This document shows, piece after piece, positions 1-12,265 of a stretch of 64,000 nt of DNA. The notes beneath the pieces are model-generated. The model had not been told where the DNA came from, ran no database searches, and saw nothing but the letters and a program-made list of their open reading frames with translations. The stretch is from Octopus sinensis (taxonomy: Eukaryota), in contig NC_043009.1 of NCBI RefSeq assembly GCF_006345805.1, forward strand, positions 35,898,001-35,962,000. Direction: 5' to 3'. The position numbers and the translations under genes are program-made. The stretch's first letter is position 1, and every line of letters begins with the position of its first letter.

Positions 1-330
1 AGATTCGTCTTCCCTCCCTCATCCTTAGGATCCTTCGGTGAGCACCCATTGTTGCTCACCTTCTTCCTCTTGCGGCCCATCTTTGAGGAGTCCTCCGTCT
101 CTTCGGCCGCCTTCGTTCCTTCTTCTACAGAGGTCTCAATCGACTGCTCCAGGACTTTGCTTTGTTCCTGAGGGCACTTTTTCTTTATATGGCCAGGCTC
201 CAAGCACCGATGACACCTGAGGGGGGGGGGGGCGCGAACCTCAAGTATCACCGGATACCTGCACCCGGCCATTTAAAAAAAGATTCATGGCTGATTGGGT
301 CCACAGGGTAAAAGAAATCCTTATTTATTT
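1..330 (-). mobile_element. Decayed non-LTR retrotransposon ORF1 (gag-like) fragment with CCHC zinc knuckle
   Basis: Minus-strand translation gives GFLLPCGPNQP*IFF*MAGCRYPVILEVRAPPPLR-CHRCLEPGHIKKKC-PQEQSK..., a C-X2-C-X4-H-X4-C motif at 174-215. The frame stays open to the window edge and has two upstream in-frame stops. The context resembles L1/Tx1-type ORF1. Confidence 0.65.
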
Positions 331-1530
331 AACCCGGTTCTACTTTCGTTCCAATCAGTCGCAAGATCACCGGCTGCATTATTTTCAATAATCGATTAAT
401 TTTATGCTTTCTTCACAAGCTACCTGAAATTTTGTGAGATATTTCTGCGCAATTTTATGGTTGACAGTTCTCTGTGTAAGTTGAATGTGACTTCTTCATT
501 TGGGAAAATAGCCGTAATAATTCTAGAATCGAAGACACATCGGGTGGAAAATATTATGTTGGCAAAGCTATAATTAATGTTTATATAATCGATTAAAACT
601 CGTTCTTCCTATCGACATTAGCTTCATCGTCATTATTGCCGTTGTCGGTCTCATCGGGTGGTTTAGCATTTGCACGCTTGTTTTACTACATAAATGCTTT
701 CTTACACAGAAACATGATTTGTTACAAATTTTAAGGGGAAAATATATTACAGTAGAACTAAATCGATCTGAAACAAGTGATTGGTAATTATTTTATCAAT
801 ACTGTGTGTTAGGTGAATGGTAATGTCAAAGCTAATGGGATTTCTATACAGAAGGAAAAGAATTATCTGAAATCATTTTGTAGATCTATAGAATATGATC
901 TGCTGAGTCAATTATTTCCAGTTTTGGTCTACCTTGTCAATATCTACAGAGCTATTCAATGTTACCTCATTATTTAATCCCTACTGGCTATGAATTATTT
1001 TGCTTACAAGCAGAAAGACCGTCCTCCATGTGCTTTTATGTTTCTCGTTAAATGGTGTTTAAAATTTGAGTAGATTTTCTGATTTGTAAAGTCTAATTTC
1101 TCTATATTTCTTTTATTCGTCTAATTGTATTCGTTCGCTCACAAACGAATTTAGGGCATAACTACAAAAGTGTATCCACCACCGATTTATTTCATTTCAA
1201 CTTACTGAAAAATGGATATTTTTTTAAGGAAATTTTCTACAAATACGTTCCAAATTTTCTACAAATACGTTCAGAATTTCTTGTGAGGATCTATTTTGGA
1301 GTGTTAGAAAGATTCGAACAATTCGCACACCTCGACTTTGTTTCTTCGTAAATTTCCTCATACGTTTCTGATGATGAAGATTACAGTTATGTTGAGAAAA
1401 ATCACTTCTCAAATCCACGTGTTCCCAGCTATTTCTAGCATGTTAGGCGACCACGTACAGGATAGTCTACCTTAGATTTTATTTAAAAGAGAGAGTTTAA
1501 GACCACGAAAAAATAATGAAATGAATATAC

Positions 1531-1651
1531 ATGGTGTGTAGTAAGAAGCTTGTTTCCCAACCACATAGTCCCACTGTGTGACAGGTTGAGCAAGTGTCTT
1601 CTACTATAGCCTCGGGTCGATTTGGCAGACAGAAACTGAAAGACACTTATC

Positions 1652-1731
<80 letters not shown>

Positions 1732-1869
1732 ATATTAATTAGAGACAAAACCACTAATATTAATATTTTAATATTTTACTATAATATTATATAATATTTT
1801 ACTATAAAATTGGATTTAATCCTAAATCTGATTATTTTCCCTGTAAATTTGGATTTATTCCCTAATATT

Positions 1870-1901
<32 letters not shown>

Positions 1902-2170
1902 CTGTGTGTGTATGTGTGTGTGTGTATGTGTGTGTGTGTGTGTGTATTTACATGTGTCTTTGTATTTATGTTTGTCACCCCACCATCGCTTGACAACCGG
2001 TGTGGTGTGTATACGCCCCCGTAACTTAGTACTTCGGCAAAAGAGAACGATAGAATAAGTACTAGGCTTACAAACAATCAGTTCTGGAGTCGATTTGTTC
2101 GACTAAAACCTTTCAAGGTTCCAGCATGACCGCAGTCAAATTACTGAGACAAGTAAAAGAATAAAAGAAT
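1531..2170 (+). mobile_element. SINE family A (tRNA-like head, internal microsatellite, AAAAGAAT tail), interrupted copy
   Basis: Shares blocks with 40076-40596: GTGTCTTCTACTATAGCCTCGGG, GAAACTGAAAGA, CCATCGCTTGACAACCGG, GATAGAATAAGTACTAG, GTAAAAGAATAAAAGAAT. Confidence 0.85.
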
Positions 2171-2671
2171 ACAGCCAATAATTTGTGTTAATATTGCACT
2201 CACTTTTCTACAAAGATATCTTTCAGCGAATTTTCGGGCAAGAGTGGAAAAGTCCTCAGTTTTTTTTTTACTTTATTGTAATCTGCATCGTTACAACGTA
2301 TGAAGAAATGATATCGAGATGCGTGAAATATCAACTCTCCCAATTTTTTTTTCTACATTATATTCCGTTCTAATCGCAATCTACACGATCTGAAGAGCAT
2401 TTATGGAAATTTTCATTAAAACATATCCACATTTAACAAAGTTATGAGAAAACAATGCTTCATTCTTTTCTCATAAGATACTTCTGTAGTTTTGTGGGAC
2501 AACACTAGCTAACTTTGAATAAAAATTAGTTTTAAGATAGAATTTGTAATATTGAAATTTGCAAAAGTAAAAGACACATTCAAAATCACATTCTGATAAA
2601 AACATTAAAACTGGAAGTTTTAAGAATGTTCCAGATAAGGTACACTTTAACTGCTTTCCTTTAATAAAATT

Positions 2672-3030
2672 TACGAGTGTCCACTGAAAAGTTCATAGGC
2701 AGACATATTCTCGATGTTACAATGCTTGGATCCCACTGGGGAAAAAAAAGCTTTCATCCTGTTGGTCAAAAAAAGTCATCAGCAGTAGATATAACATCAT
2801 CATCAGTGCAGCACTGATTCCCAGCCAAGTCTTTCTTTGACGATCGAGAGCAGGTGATAGTTTGAAGGGGACAAGTCAGGAGAGTAAAAGTACTTCAACC
2901 ATTTAAATAACAATTCCGACTCGCCCCCTTTTCTATGTTTGTGGGCGTTATTTTCTATCGTGTGCTGGTTGGTTCGGATCTGGTGTTCGACAGGTGTGTG
3001 ACCTTTCAATAATGTACCAAACTCAGGTAC
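2672..3030 (-). mobile_element. Mariner 3' remnant
   Basis: The ORF 2803-3186 translation contains YSPDLSPSNYHLL, the mariner YSPDLAPxD motif. A TIR-like TACGAGTGTCCACTGAAAAGTTC starts at 2672. Confidence 0.75.
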
Positions 3031-4098
3031 ACAGGGAGACAGACAATGAGAGGCAGAGAGAGACAGAGTGACAGAGAGAATGACAGAGAGAGAGACAGAG
3101 TAAGACAATGAGAGGCAGAGAGAGACATAGCGACAGAGAGAGACAGAGTAAGACAGAGGACATAGAGGTGATAGGGGGAGATACACAGAGAGAAAGAGAG
3201 ACAGTGAGAAAGAGAGGAGCGGACAGAGACATGGACAGTTTCCAAACTACTCTAATTGAAATATTACAAATAATCCATTGATAATCAATTATATTCATTA
3301 AATAATACACAGATAAACTTGATAAATGACAGTCTAAATTATTATTTGTCTGGATATGCAGACATATGAGCAATTACGCTTTAGTTGTGACTATCTGGGC
3401 CTTCTTCTACAAAATTATATAATGTATCATTGGAGGGTTTGTGAACTTCATAGACATAGATTGTTGTTGTTGTTGTTGCTGCTGCTGTTGTTTTTGTTTT
3501 TGTCATTCAAGCTGTTGTTGCTGTTCTTGCCGACGTAGTTATTCTTACTGTTGTAGTTTACCTCAGGGTGGCCTCAGACATGCAAATCAATAATCACAGA
3601 TGTTATATCCGTGACTTTACCATCTGTTTTTCGTTCAGATTAAATTTTTTCATCAAATGTTGCATGTATACTTTTTTAAACACCAGCAGGATGTAATTTG
3701 AGGTAGATCTGACGTTGTATCCTGTAGAATGGTCTGGCAAGTAGAGGCCACACCTCATTGTGCGGAATGATTACACAGAAAGAACATCTAAGTTATTTTT
3801 CTTTCCCGAATACAAAAGACAAAATTACCAGAAGAAATTGCCATTCCTTCATATACAAACAGAAAAACGTACGCACATATACACAAGCAAGCACATCGCA
3901 TACATAGACACACTAGCAGTCTAACTCACTAACACATATACACTTACACACACACACACACACACAAGCACATACACATATACACACACATGCAAAGAGA
4001 AACACTCGCACCCACAAATGCACCAAACACACACATGCTCATAATCACACGCACAAACGAACACCTAAAGAGCGTGCGCGCACACACACACACACACG

Positions 4099-4130
<32 letters not shown>

Positions 4131-4169
4131 TACACAGAGGAAACATAGATGCACGAGAACAGGCGCACA

Positions 4170-4830
4170 CATCATCATCATCATTGTTCGACCGTGGTCG
4201 AGACAATGGAATTTACCATGTTGCGCCAGACTTCACGGTCCATCATAGCATTACGGAGGTCCTGTTGCTGGATGCCTGTATCCCTGGAGATTACATCAGG
4301 GTAGGAGAGTGTGCACCCTCTGGTGTTGCGAGTAGATGGCTTCCAGAGGAGAAGAGTAGAAATTACTTCTTTTTCAGCTCTACAACAATGTCCAGCAAAC
4401 TGGACTCTCCTACCTTTCACAAGAGATGACACAGGTGGTAATTTCCCATATATTTGCATTTTAGTTGGATGGCGCCTCCACGAGAGATTTTGAGCTCTCA
4501 TAAGGAGGCGAGTGTAGGTTCCATCCAACCGCCTCTCAAGCTTCTTTGATAACGTCCAGGTTTCTGAGCCATATAGTAGGATTGGTTCGACTGTGGCTTG
4601 AAGATTTCAAGTTTGAAGTCTCTACTTATATTTGATGACCAGATCTATGCATGTCATTACAGGCTGACCAGGCCATACCCTTTCTAGTTAGAAAGTCTTT
4701 TCCAGATGATGATATGTATGACCCAAGATATTTATAATCAGAAACCATATTTAAAGGTGCACTGTTGAGAGTGTGGATGATGCAATCACTGTTGGACAGG
4801 CACTTGTTTATGTATTCAGTTTTGGTCTCA
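4170..4830 (-). mobile_element. RTE-type LINE, 5'-truncated 3' fragment
   Basis: Translates to YKYLGSYIS...KATVEPILLYGSETWTLSKKLERR-DGTYTRLLMRAQNLSW...RRVQFAGHCCR...MMDREVW (RT C-terminus). It ends in a (TGA)n tail at 4170-4184. Confidence 0.85.
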
Positions 4831-5493
4831 TTAAGGTAAAGACCTACACATACACGCACCTATACATACTTATACTCACACAAACACCTCCAGACAAACA
4901 CCTACACATACATACACGCACGTGCACACACAGACACACATACACACACACACACACGCACAAACACGCACATACACACACAAACACACACATACACCTC
5001 GGCTTTATTGAATTACAGTTTGGAAACAACCATAATTCTTTTATGCTACCATGACATGCCGACTTCAAATGTTTTTCTGTGACGTCGTTGATGACATCAT
5101 CATAAGAACTATTACCACGAAGCCCACCGTTTCTACCACTACTACTGCTACCACCACCGCTATCACCACCAACACCATTATTACCATACCGACTTCTACC
5201 AACATTACTAACCTAACTGATCCCCACTGCTATCATTATCAATGACACTACCACCATCACGACCAATACCACTGCCTTCGCCGCAATGACCTTTGTAAGT
5301 ACCACTAATGCCACAACCATCACCATTATCACTACCTCCACCACCATCATGATCTTCACCATCATCATCGTAAGTATCTTCATCGCTACAAACAACACCA
5401 TCACTACCAATATCCATTTCACTAATGCAACTGCGACCACTGCCACTACCACGGTTCCCATCAAAACCGAGGTTAACTCAACCAGCATCAATA

Positions 5494-5730
5494 CCTATTT
5501 CTTTACTACCCACAAGGGGCTAAACACAGAGAGGACAAACAAGCAAGGACAGACAAACGGATTAAGTCGATTATATCGACCCCAGTGCGTAACTGGTACT
5601 TATTTAATAGACCCTGAAAGGATGAAAGGCAAAGTAGACCTCAGCGGAATTTGAACTCAGAACGTAACGGCAGACGAAATACCGCTCAGCATTTCGCCCA
5701 GGGTGCTGACGTTCCTGCCAGCTCACCGCC
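5494..5730 (-). mobile_element. SINE family B (GGCGGTGAGCTGGCAG... head)
   Basis: Reverse complement matches the copies at 14931, 25792, 37690 and 62775 (GAGTTCAAATTCCGC, TTTCATCCTTTC.GGGTC, AAGTACCAGTT). Confidence 0.9.
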
Positions 5731-5986
5731 GTCAATGTCATGGTCACCATCAATACCAGCATCAATACCATTGTCACCATCACCCCCTTCCTACACCATC
5801 GCCTCCACTGCTATCACCACCACAACTACTACAAAGATTTCTGCTGCTAATACTAAAACTACCAAAAAACAATGTGACCAACATCGACACTGCCACCAGT
5901 ACCTCAACCGCCTATACCATCATCCCTACTACCACTACTATCACCAACACCAATACTACATTACAGTAGTACAATATGAAATGGTG

Positions 5987-6120
5987 CCTTGATGTTGTGC
6001 TGTTGAAGGAAGCCTGTTATCCTGGCTGTATGGGCACGGGCGTTGTTGAGTTTGAACAAGTGATTCCGATGACAAGCAATGTATGACACAATGTGAGGCC
6101 TCAACGGTTTCTGGTATTAT
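5987..6120 (-). mobile_element. Internal Tc1-like transposase fragment between 33-bp direct repeats
   Basis: Minus frame YQKPLRPHIVSYIACHRNHLFKLNNARAHTARITGFLQQHNIK resembles the Tc1 FQQDNARxHTA region. Direct repeats lie at 5954-5986 and 6121-6153. Confidence 0.65.
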
Positions 6121-6833
6121 TACTACATTACAGTACTACAATATGAAATGGTGTTCACAATTGTCATTGAAATCTCTTTAAAACTGAAGAAAAGAAACCC
6201 CACAAAATTTAACTAGTTTTTAACATTCCACGGTATATTTACTTAATCATTCGGTCTTCTATTAACTAACCATAACTGAGACGTAGAAATTCAAATTTGT
6301 TAACTAATTATATATAGTTTATGATTTAAAATAATCGCTCCCTAACCCCCAATAGTTTTAAAACTCTAAAATATTAATATATCATATAATATGGCTATTA
6401 TATCTTATCTGTCATATCTTAAATGTTTTATTATTTGAAATATTCTGTAAAAATATTCTGTGAAACAATATTGATTCGATGGATAAAAATATACATATAA
6501 GTATAATTTATCTTTGATGTATATTTGTACGTATGTATATATATGTACATGTTGCTTATATTTGTTGCCATTACGCATGGATTAGTGTGTATAAAGAAGA
6601 ACAATATCCTAACAGCCATGGTCTAACTGTATGTTTATATATATATATATTTTTGTTTGTATGGATTGTGGATTTAAAATTTATAAAATTAAATCTACCG
6701 TAAAAAATTGTTTATATTGTATCGTAATATATGATATATTGGAATCTACTATAATATGTATTGTGAAGTGAATATTACTCTAAATCTAATAATATTGTTA
6801 TAATTGATAAATATAATAATAATAATAATAATG

Positions 6834-6882
<49 letters not shown>

Positions 6883-6940
6883 TAATAATAATTGAGTATT
6901 GCATATGTAGTCATGGGCATAGACGTATGTATATGTTCCA

Positions 6941-6984
<44 letters not shown>

Positions 6985-7187
6985 GACGAATGGTCTATTT
7001 GCTTGGACCTAATGTTTAATTGTGCTTATTTATGTATTTATACACATGTAAAAGTGTATATACTTTGCTTATGTGTGTATATATGTATATGTGTACGTGT
7101 ATATGGATATTTGGTCATATTTATATATATTAAGTTGTACCTGTAGCCTGTTTCATGTATTAATATTTTTAAAGTTTTTTTTTATAA

Positions 7188-7314
7188 TCTCTGATGAGGC
7201 CTATGATTATATATATGTACCCTATTTTTAAATGCCAACAACCTCATTATAATTGACAACTATAGGCACTGGAAAAAAAACTTGTTTTATCCATAGGCTG
7301 AAACAGCTGTAAGG
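7188..7314 (+). ncRNA. Type I hammerhead-like motif with long loop II
   Basis: CTGATGA at 7191, stem II GGCCTATG/CATAGGCT enclosing 86 nt, then GAAAC-AGCT-GTA. Stem I is only 3 bp (TCT/AGG). Confidence 0.6.
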
Positions 7315-7506
7315 AGTGATTTTAATGATTTCAATAATTTATATTATTAATTTTTATAATTGTAGTCTTATCTTATATGTATTGAATTATAATGTATAAT
7401 TAAGGTCCTCGTTTTTGTTAAATGAATAAATACGTCAGCATTCTAATATCCGAAAGCTGATGAACCAACTAAATTGTTTCTCCATTTTCTTATTTGTATT
7501 ATAAAT

Positions 7507-7551
<45 letters not shown>

Positions 7552-7709
7552 AATTAAGGACTGAACACGAAAAAGTGGACAGTCAACATACTAGATATAG
7601 ACGTCAAATCGCCATTCTCCACAAAGAGTATGTTCTCAAATAAAATAAAATTCAGCACGACCTAAAGCAATAGATAAGACAAAAGAAATATACGAAATGG
7701 AATAATCAC

Positions 7710-7771
7710 CTGCGTACCGAATGGTTTCAGCTATTAATATCACAAGGATATCTGTAGCTTCGTCAGCGCAG
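7710..7771 (-). ncRNA. Type I hammerhead ribozyme (minus-strand copy)
   Basis: Reverse complement reads CTGCG-CTGACGA-AGCTA..TAGCT-GAAA-CC ATTC GG-TA-CGCAG. Confidence 0.8.
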
Positions 7772-8087
7772 TTTGTTATGAGCATAATATTCTGTACTAG
7801 ATGAAAAACGATACCGGAGTCCCGTATGCAAAAAGTACAACCTATTAAGTTGGTTTAAATTGACTAATATCAATTTTTACCCTTAATTTTTAAATATGAA
7901 AATATATGTTCTCAAACCGATAAATTGACTGCTGCTAATTATTAGCTGCAGGCTGGTTTTTCGAGTCTCAGCGCGCCAAAAGTAGAGGCATTTGAAAGAT
8001 ACATCCGAACTTAATAGGTTGTACTTTTTGCATACGGGACTCCGGTATCGTTTTTTATCTAGTACAGCATATTATGCTCATAACAAA

Positions 8088-8149
8088 CTGCGCTGACGAA
8101 GCTACAGATATCCTTGTGATATTAATAGCTGAAACCGTTCGGTACGCAG
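8088..8149 (+). ncRNA. Type I hammerhead ribozyme
   Basis: Stem I CTGCG/CGCAG; core CTGACGA (8093-8099); stem II AGCTA/TAGCT plus inner GATATC/GATATT; GAAA (8131-8134); stem III ACC/GGT; predicted GUA cleavage after 8144. Confidence 0.85.
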
Positions 8150-8406
8150 GTGATTATTCCATTTCGTATATTTCTTTTGTCTTATCTATTGCTTTAGGTC
8201 GTGCTGAATTTTATTTTATTTGAGAACATACTCTTTGTGGAGAATGGCGATTTGACGTCTATATCTAGCATGTTGACTGTCCACTTTTTCGTGTTCAGTC
8301 CTTAATTGGTATATATAAATATTTTAATCTTCGGATTCTTTTTAATGTGCTAGACCACTGGTTTAAATTGACTAATATCAATTTTTACTCTTAATTTATA
8401 TATATA

Positions 8407-8727
8407 TATATAGGTTGTGCGATTAATATGAAAAAACGTCTGTACAATCACATTTCCTCTTTTATATTTAAACATAAGGCGAATTGTACGTCATTATCTA
8501 GTAAGATTTGGGAAGTGAAGGAAAGCAGATTTGGGTTTAGCCTTAAATGGGAAATAATAAGAAAAGCGCAGCCTTATAGAAATAGTAGATATGGGTGTAA
8601 ACTGTTCTGTATGGAAACATGAAATATTTAAGCATAAAGATAAGTGCAACCTGATTAACAATAGATTTGACCTTAGGGTATCATGCGTACATAGTATCAT
8701 CCGTACTTTTAAATATTTTCGAAAGTA
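8407..8727 (+). mobile_element. Penelope-like element GIY-YIG endonuclease C-terminal fragment (frameshifted)
   Basis: YIGCAINMKKRLYNHISSF...TSLSSKIWEVK...LKWEIIRKAQPY...CKL, then a frameshift to KHEIFKHKDKCNLINNRFDLRVSCVH. Confidence 0.85.
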
Positions 8728-10208
8728 GCACTTTATTGGTATTGTGCTTAAACTGAATTTGATAGAAACTTACTTCTAATATTTTTAGTTTGGAAATTAA
8801 TGTACATTGCATATATTATATGATAAAAGCTATATAATAAAGTTAGTTAGTGTGCTATACAGAGTTAGTATACTATCCATATGAATTATTCCTGCCTAAT
8901 TGGTCAGATTTCATCAGGGTTTTAGTAATTAATCTATTTATCCCTTTCCTATAGTGTTCCCCACTCCTGATCTTAGTATTTATAGGGGCCTTTATGTAAA
9001 TAGCCCTGTTAATTAAGTATCCCTAAGAAACTATATCGTGTATGGATTAACACTAAAAGCATTGAAAACCTATATTATATACCTCTTAATTTATAATTAA
9101 TATATAGTTAGCATGTCCTATAACTTCAATATTCTTTTAGTTAATACCAGGTATCAGTCTTTATAGATACAAACTAAATGAATAAATCATTTTTAGTTTA
9201 AATACTTGCATTATACATTTTCTATTAATCTTCTCCATTTATGTTAATAAGATATATATACTTCATCATGGTTTTAGTGATTAAACTAATTTATTCATTT
9301 TCTTTTGTGTTCTACTTTACCTGATCATTTTATTGCTTTATAATAGCCTTTATGAAATAAACATAATTTTTGTGCCCCCAGAAATTCATATTTAGCTTAT
9401 ATATAGCAGTACCAGTATCTTAACTTATAATAAACTGCTTAATATTTTTTTTTAATTAATATATAGTTAGCATGTTCTTTCGCTTCAGTACTCCTTTATT
9501 AAATACCAGTAAATACCAATGATCAATCTTCATAGATACCACCAAATAAGTTAATATTTAAGTATATAATATGAATAAATATTAAACTATTTCTATGTAA
9601 TTTCTTTCCTCCCTCTATCGTGGTAAAAGTTGGTATATATTCAAAAATATGCACAAATTTTATCCTTTTGGTTATAATATTCTTTTTATTAATCTTGATA
9701 ACCCTAAATTTTATACAATATAGCTTTATACAATATAGCAATATTGTTTAAATCATTCAGCTATAGTACCCCATGATAAAATTTTCCCTGTATTATCATC
9801 ATTGCTTTTACTAGAGTCTTGCCCCTTTAACTTGACAACTATCATCTTGATTTGAGAACTTCTTTTACCAAATCTTATTATATTGCTTCAATTTAATCTT
9901 GATAGTTTTATGACTATACCCATTATGATTTCTTTCGACTCCCTAAGCCCTTTTCCTAACAGACACCGCTCCTTGTTCCTTGGCCTTAGATTTTGATATA
10001 CAAAGATTTAATAAACAAGACTATAAATTAAAACTGACTCCAAAAACAGTGACAAGCTAGATCTTAAACAAGTTTTTTTCCTGATATCTTAGTAGCTTCT
10101 AAGCTGAAGTGAAGACAGCATGATCTTTGTCTATCTCCTTACCTTCTAGGAGGTTTTAGGTAAACTTATACTAATGTGTCCATCTGATTTAATTTAATTT
10201 AATTCTAA

Positions 10209-10304
10209 GTATTTATGCAGCTGAGGATTGCTTGCATTTAAATTGATGTAATGATTGCTTTGTTCAATTAAATGGAGTCGCTTGAAACGATCGTACTGCA
10301 TTAC
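10209..10304 (+). ncRNA. Type I minimal hammerhead-like motif with palindromic loop III
   Basis: Stem I ATGCAG/CTGCAT extended by GTA/TAC across a TTT bulge; CTGAGGA; GAAAC-GATC-GTA. The base of stem II is decayed, although ATTTAA(A)TTGA/TCAATTAAAT still pairs. Confidence 0.65.
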
Positions 10305-10445
10305 CTGTGGATATCCTGTTGCTTATTTTGATATATATATTTATATATTTTTCTCTCTAGTTTCAGCTCAGAGCTGCAGCCATGCTGATGCACCGCATAT
10401 ATCCGTATGCATGTGAGTCAATGTATATGTAAGTATGAGTGCGTA

Positions 10446-10537
10446 CGTATGCATGTATGTATGTATGTATGTATGTATGTATGTATGTATGTATGTATGT
10501 ATGTATGTATGTATGTATGTACGTACGTATGTATGTA
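10446..10537. repeat. (TATG)n microsatellite
   Basis: Direct reading. Similar arrays lie at about 23740-23850 and 40260-40380. Confidence 0.95.
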
Positions 10538-12068
10538 TCAGTGATTTTTTTTTAAGTGGATATTGCTTGGACGCGAAGGAACATGAAAGAATGAGTGTAG
10601 TATATATGAGTATGTGTGTTGGCTTAAGGTGTGAATGTGCATATGTGTTATTATGAGATATAAATTCGTCTGTATCTGGATAAGTGTTGTTTGTGTTTGG
10701 TTGGGTGGGAGTGTGTTTAAGTATGTGTGAAAACATTAATGAATGTGCATGAAAATAAAAGAGAGAAAAAGCTTAAGATTGTGCCTATCTGTTTTTGATA
10801 ATGTGTGTCTGTATATTTATGTGAATCGGTCAGATGGCTTATGTATATGACTATACCTGAAATTATATATGTTTATGTATAATATTAAAGTGTGTTTTAT
10901 GTACTTATGTGTTAGTCGTGTGTTAATGAGTGTTTATGTGTGCTTATATGTTGTGTGCATATGTGTGGTTATATGTGTGTGTGTTTAAGTGTTTATGTTA
11001 TGTGTGCATCAAGGAATATACTTTTGCTTATATTTTGTAATGGTATCTTTTATTGTATCAACCAAAATAAAATTGTTTCCTTGTATTTTAAGGAACTACA
11101 AAATCTCAAGAATTCGATTTGAGCCAAACTAAAATCATTTCCTAGGTCACTTAGGCAACAAGAAATAGGTAGGAAGTCGCTCTCAAAGCATACGCCATGT
11201 CCTCTGTCAAATGAAGGACTCAATATAGTACTATATTCTGAAAAAAGATGGAATGATCGCCATGGGCATGTCTTTGATAATAGTCCTATTCATTCACGAC
11301 TGACAGCGTGGTAAACAACAACAACAACAACAACCACATTATTGTGTTCATGCAATGAAATTGACATGGTAGTTAACTTTAACAATTGTAGTTTGAAATA
11401 CCGATATTGAGAAGCTGTGATGATCGATCTTTTACTTGAGAATGTTATTTTAATAACGTGTGAGCGAAATATTAAACTACAATTTTTAAAGGTGTTGATG
11501 TTGTTGCTGACGCCGTCGTCTTTGTTGCTATCTTTGTTAGTGTTGTTGTTGTTATTGCAGATATTGGTTATTCCCAGATCAATTCTGTACAGAAGAAAGA
11601 ATATTATGACGATGCCATATTTTATAAAGAGAGGCTATCTAGAGACCCATCCAATGTAATCGCTTTCTTAAAGTTGGAGGATGTGTAATTTGAAGACAAG
11701 GCTGCTTTTCTATCAACTCTACTGGTCACACTGAGAATTTCTTCCCTTTTAAATTTCCAAGAATTGTGACGTTTGGCACCAGTAATTGGTTATGCATAGG
11801 AAACCTAACAAATACAATTTCTTTCTAGTGATTTATTCCGTCGGTTTCATATCACCAAAATGAAAAGATTTATAATAATGATATCCTTATATTAAGGCCT
11901 GAAGACATTCAAGTGAATTTTGGGTGAATTTACTCGAGGGAGTTCATTGGCTTTGAGAATAGAGATCATTCAAGTTAACTAATTAGATCTTAGCGATAAT
12001 TAATTAGATACAAAACAGAAAAACCATTGAACCCGAGGAAACTAGTGTTAGTCAACGACTAGTAAATA

Positions 12069-12265
12069 TACGAGAGGAAGTCAAATATTATCCGCACTTT
12101 TGCCATAAAATATCTTTATTATTGTCACACTGCCTTCAGCGCATACGTGCTTATAGTTGGTACTATTGTGGTCAGATGATGAAGTGCGAGCCTGATCGTA
12201 CAGTGTAAGCATGGCCACTCCACCAGCAATGTGCAACAAAGAAGAACAAAGAGCAGTGATCTGAG
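12069..12265 (+). mobile_element. Mariner 5' remnant
   Basis: TIR-like TACGAGAGGAAGTCAAATATTATCCGCAC, then MATPPAMCNKEEQRAVI*, which resembles the mariner N-terminal EQRxVI motif. Confidence 0.7.

Larger units (their letters stand above)
7543..8317. repeat. Fold-back inverted repeat (about 310-bp arms, 156-bp spacer), Penelope pLTR-like
   Basis: 7543-7851 is the near-exact reverse complement of 8008-8317. It is flanked by (TA)n and lies next to the GIY-YIG fragment at 8407. Confidence 0.95.

Noticed and set aside
400-1420. Possible Penelope RT remnant (LLKNGY, NCIRSL)
   Set aside because: Only two short, weak motif resemblances; too decayed to support.
5050-5950. Thr-rich ORFs resembling a mucin
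   Set aside because: Degenerate (ACC/ACT/ATC)n low complexity interrupted by a SINE, with no splice or start context.
11557-11660. Apparent exon DIGYSQINSVQKKEYYDDAIFY...
   Set aside because: Its 3' part runs into a dispersed repeat also seen near 3680 and 28900 (GTAATTTGA..GGCTGCT..TTCT), and the donor is weak.
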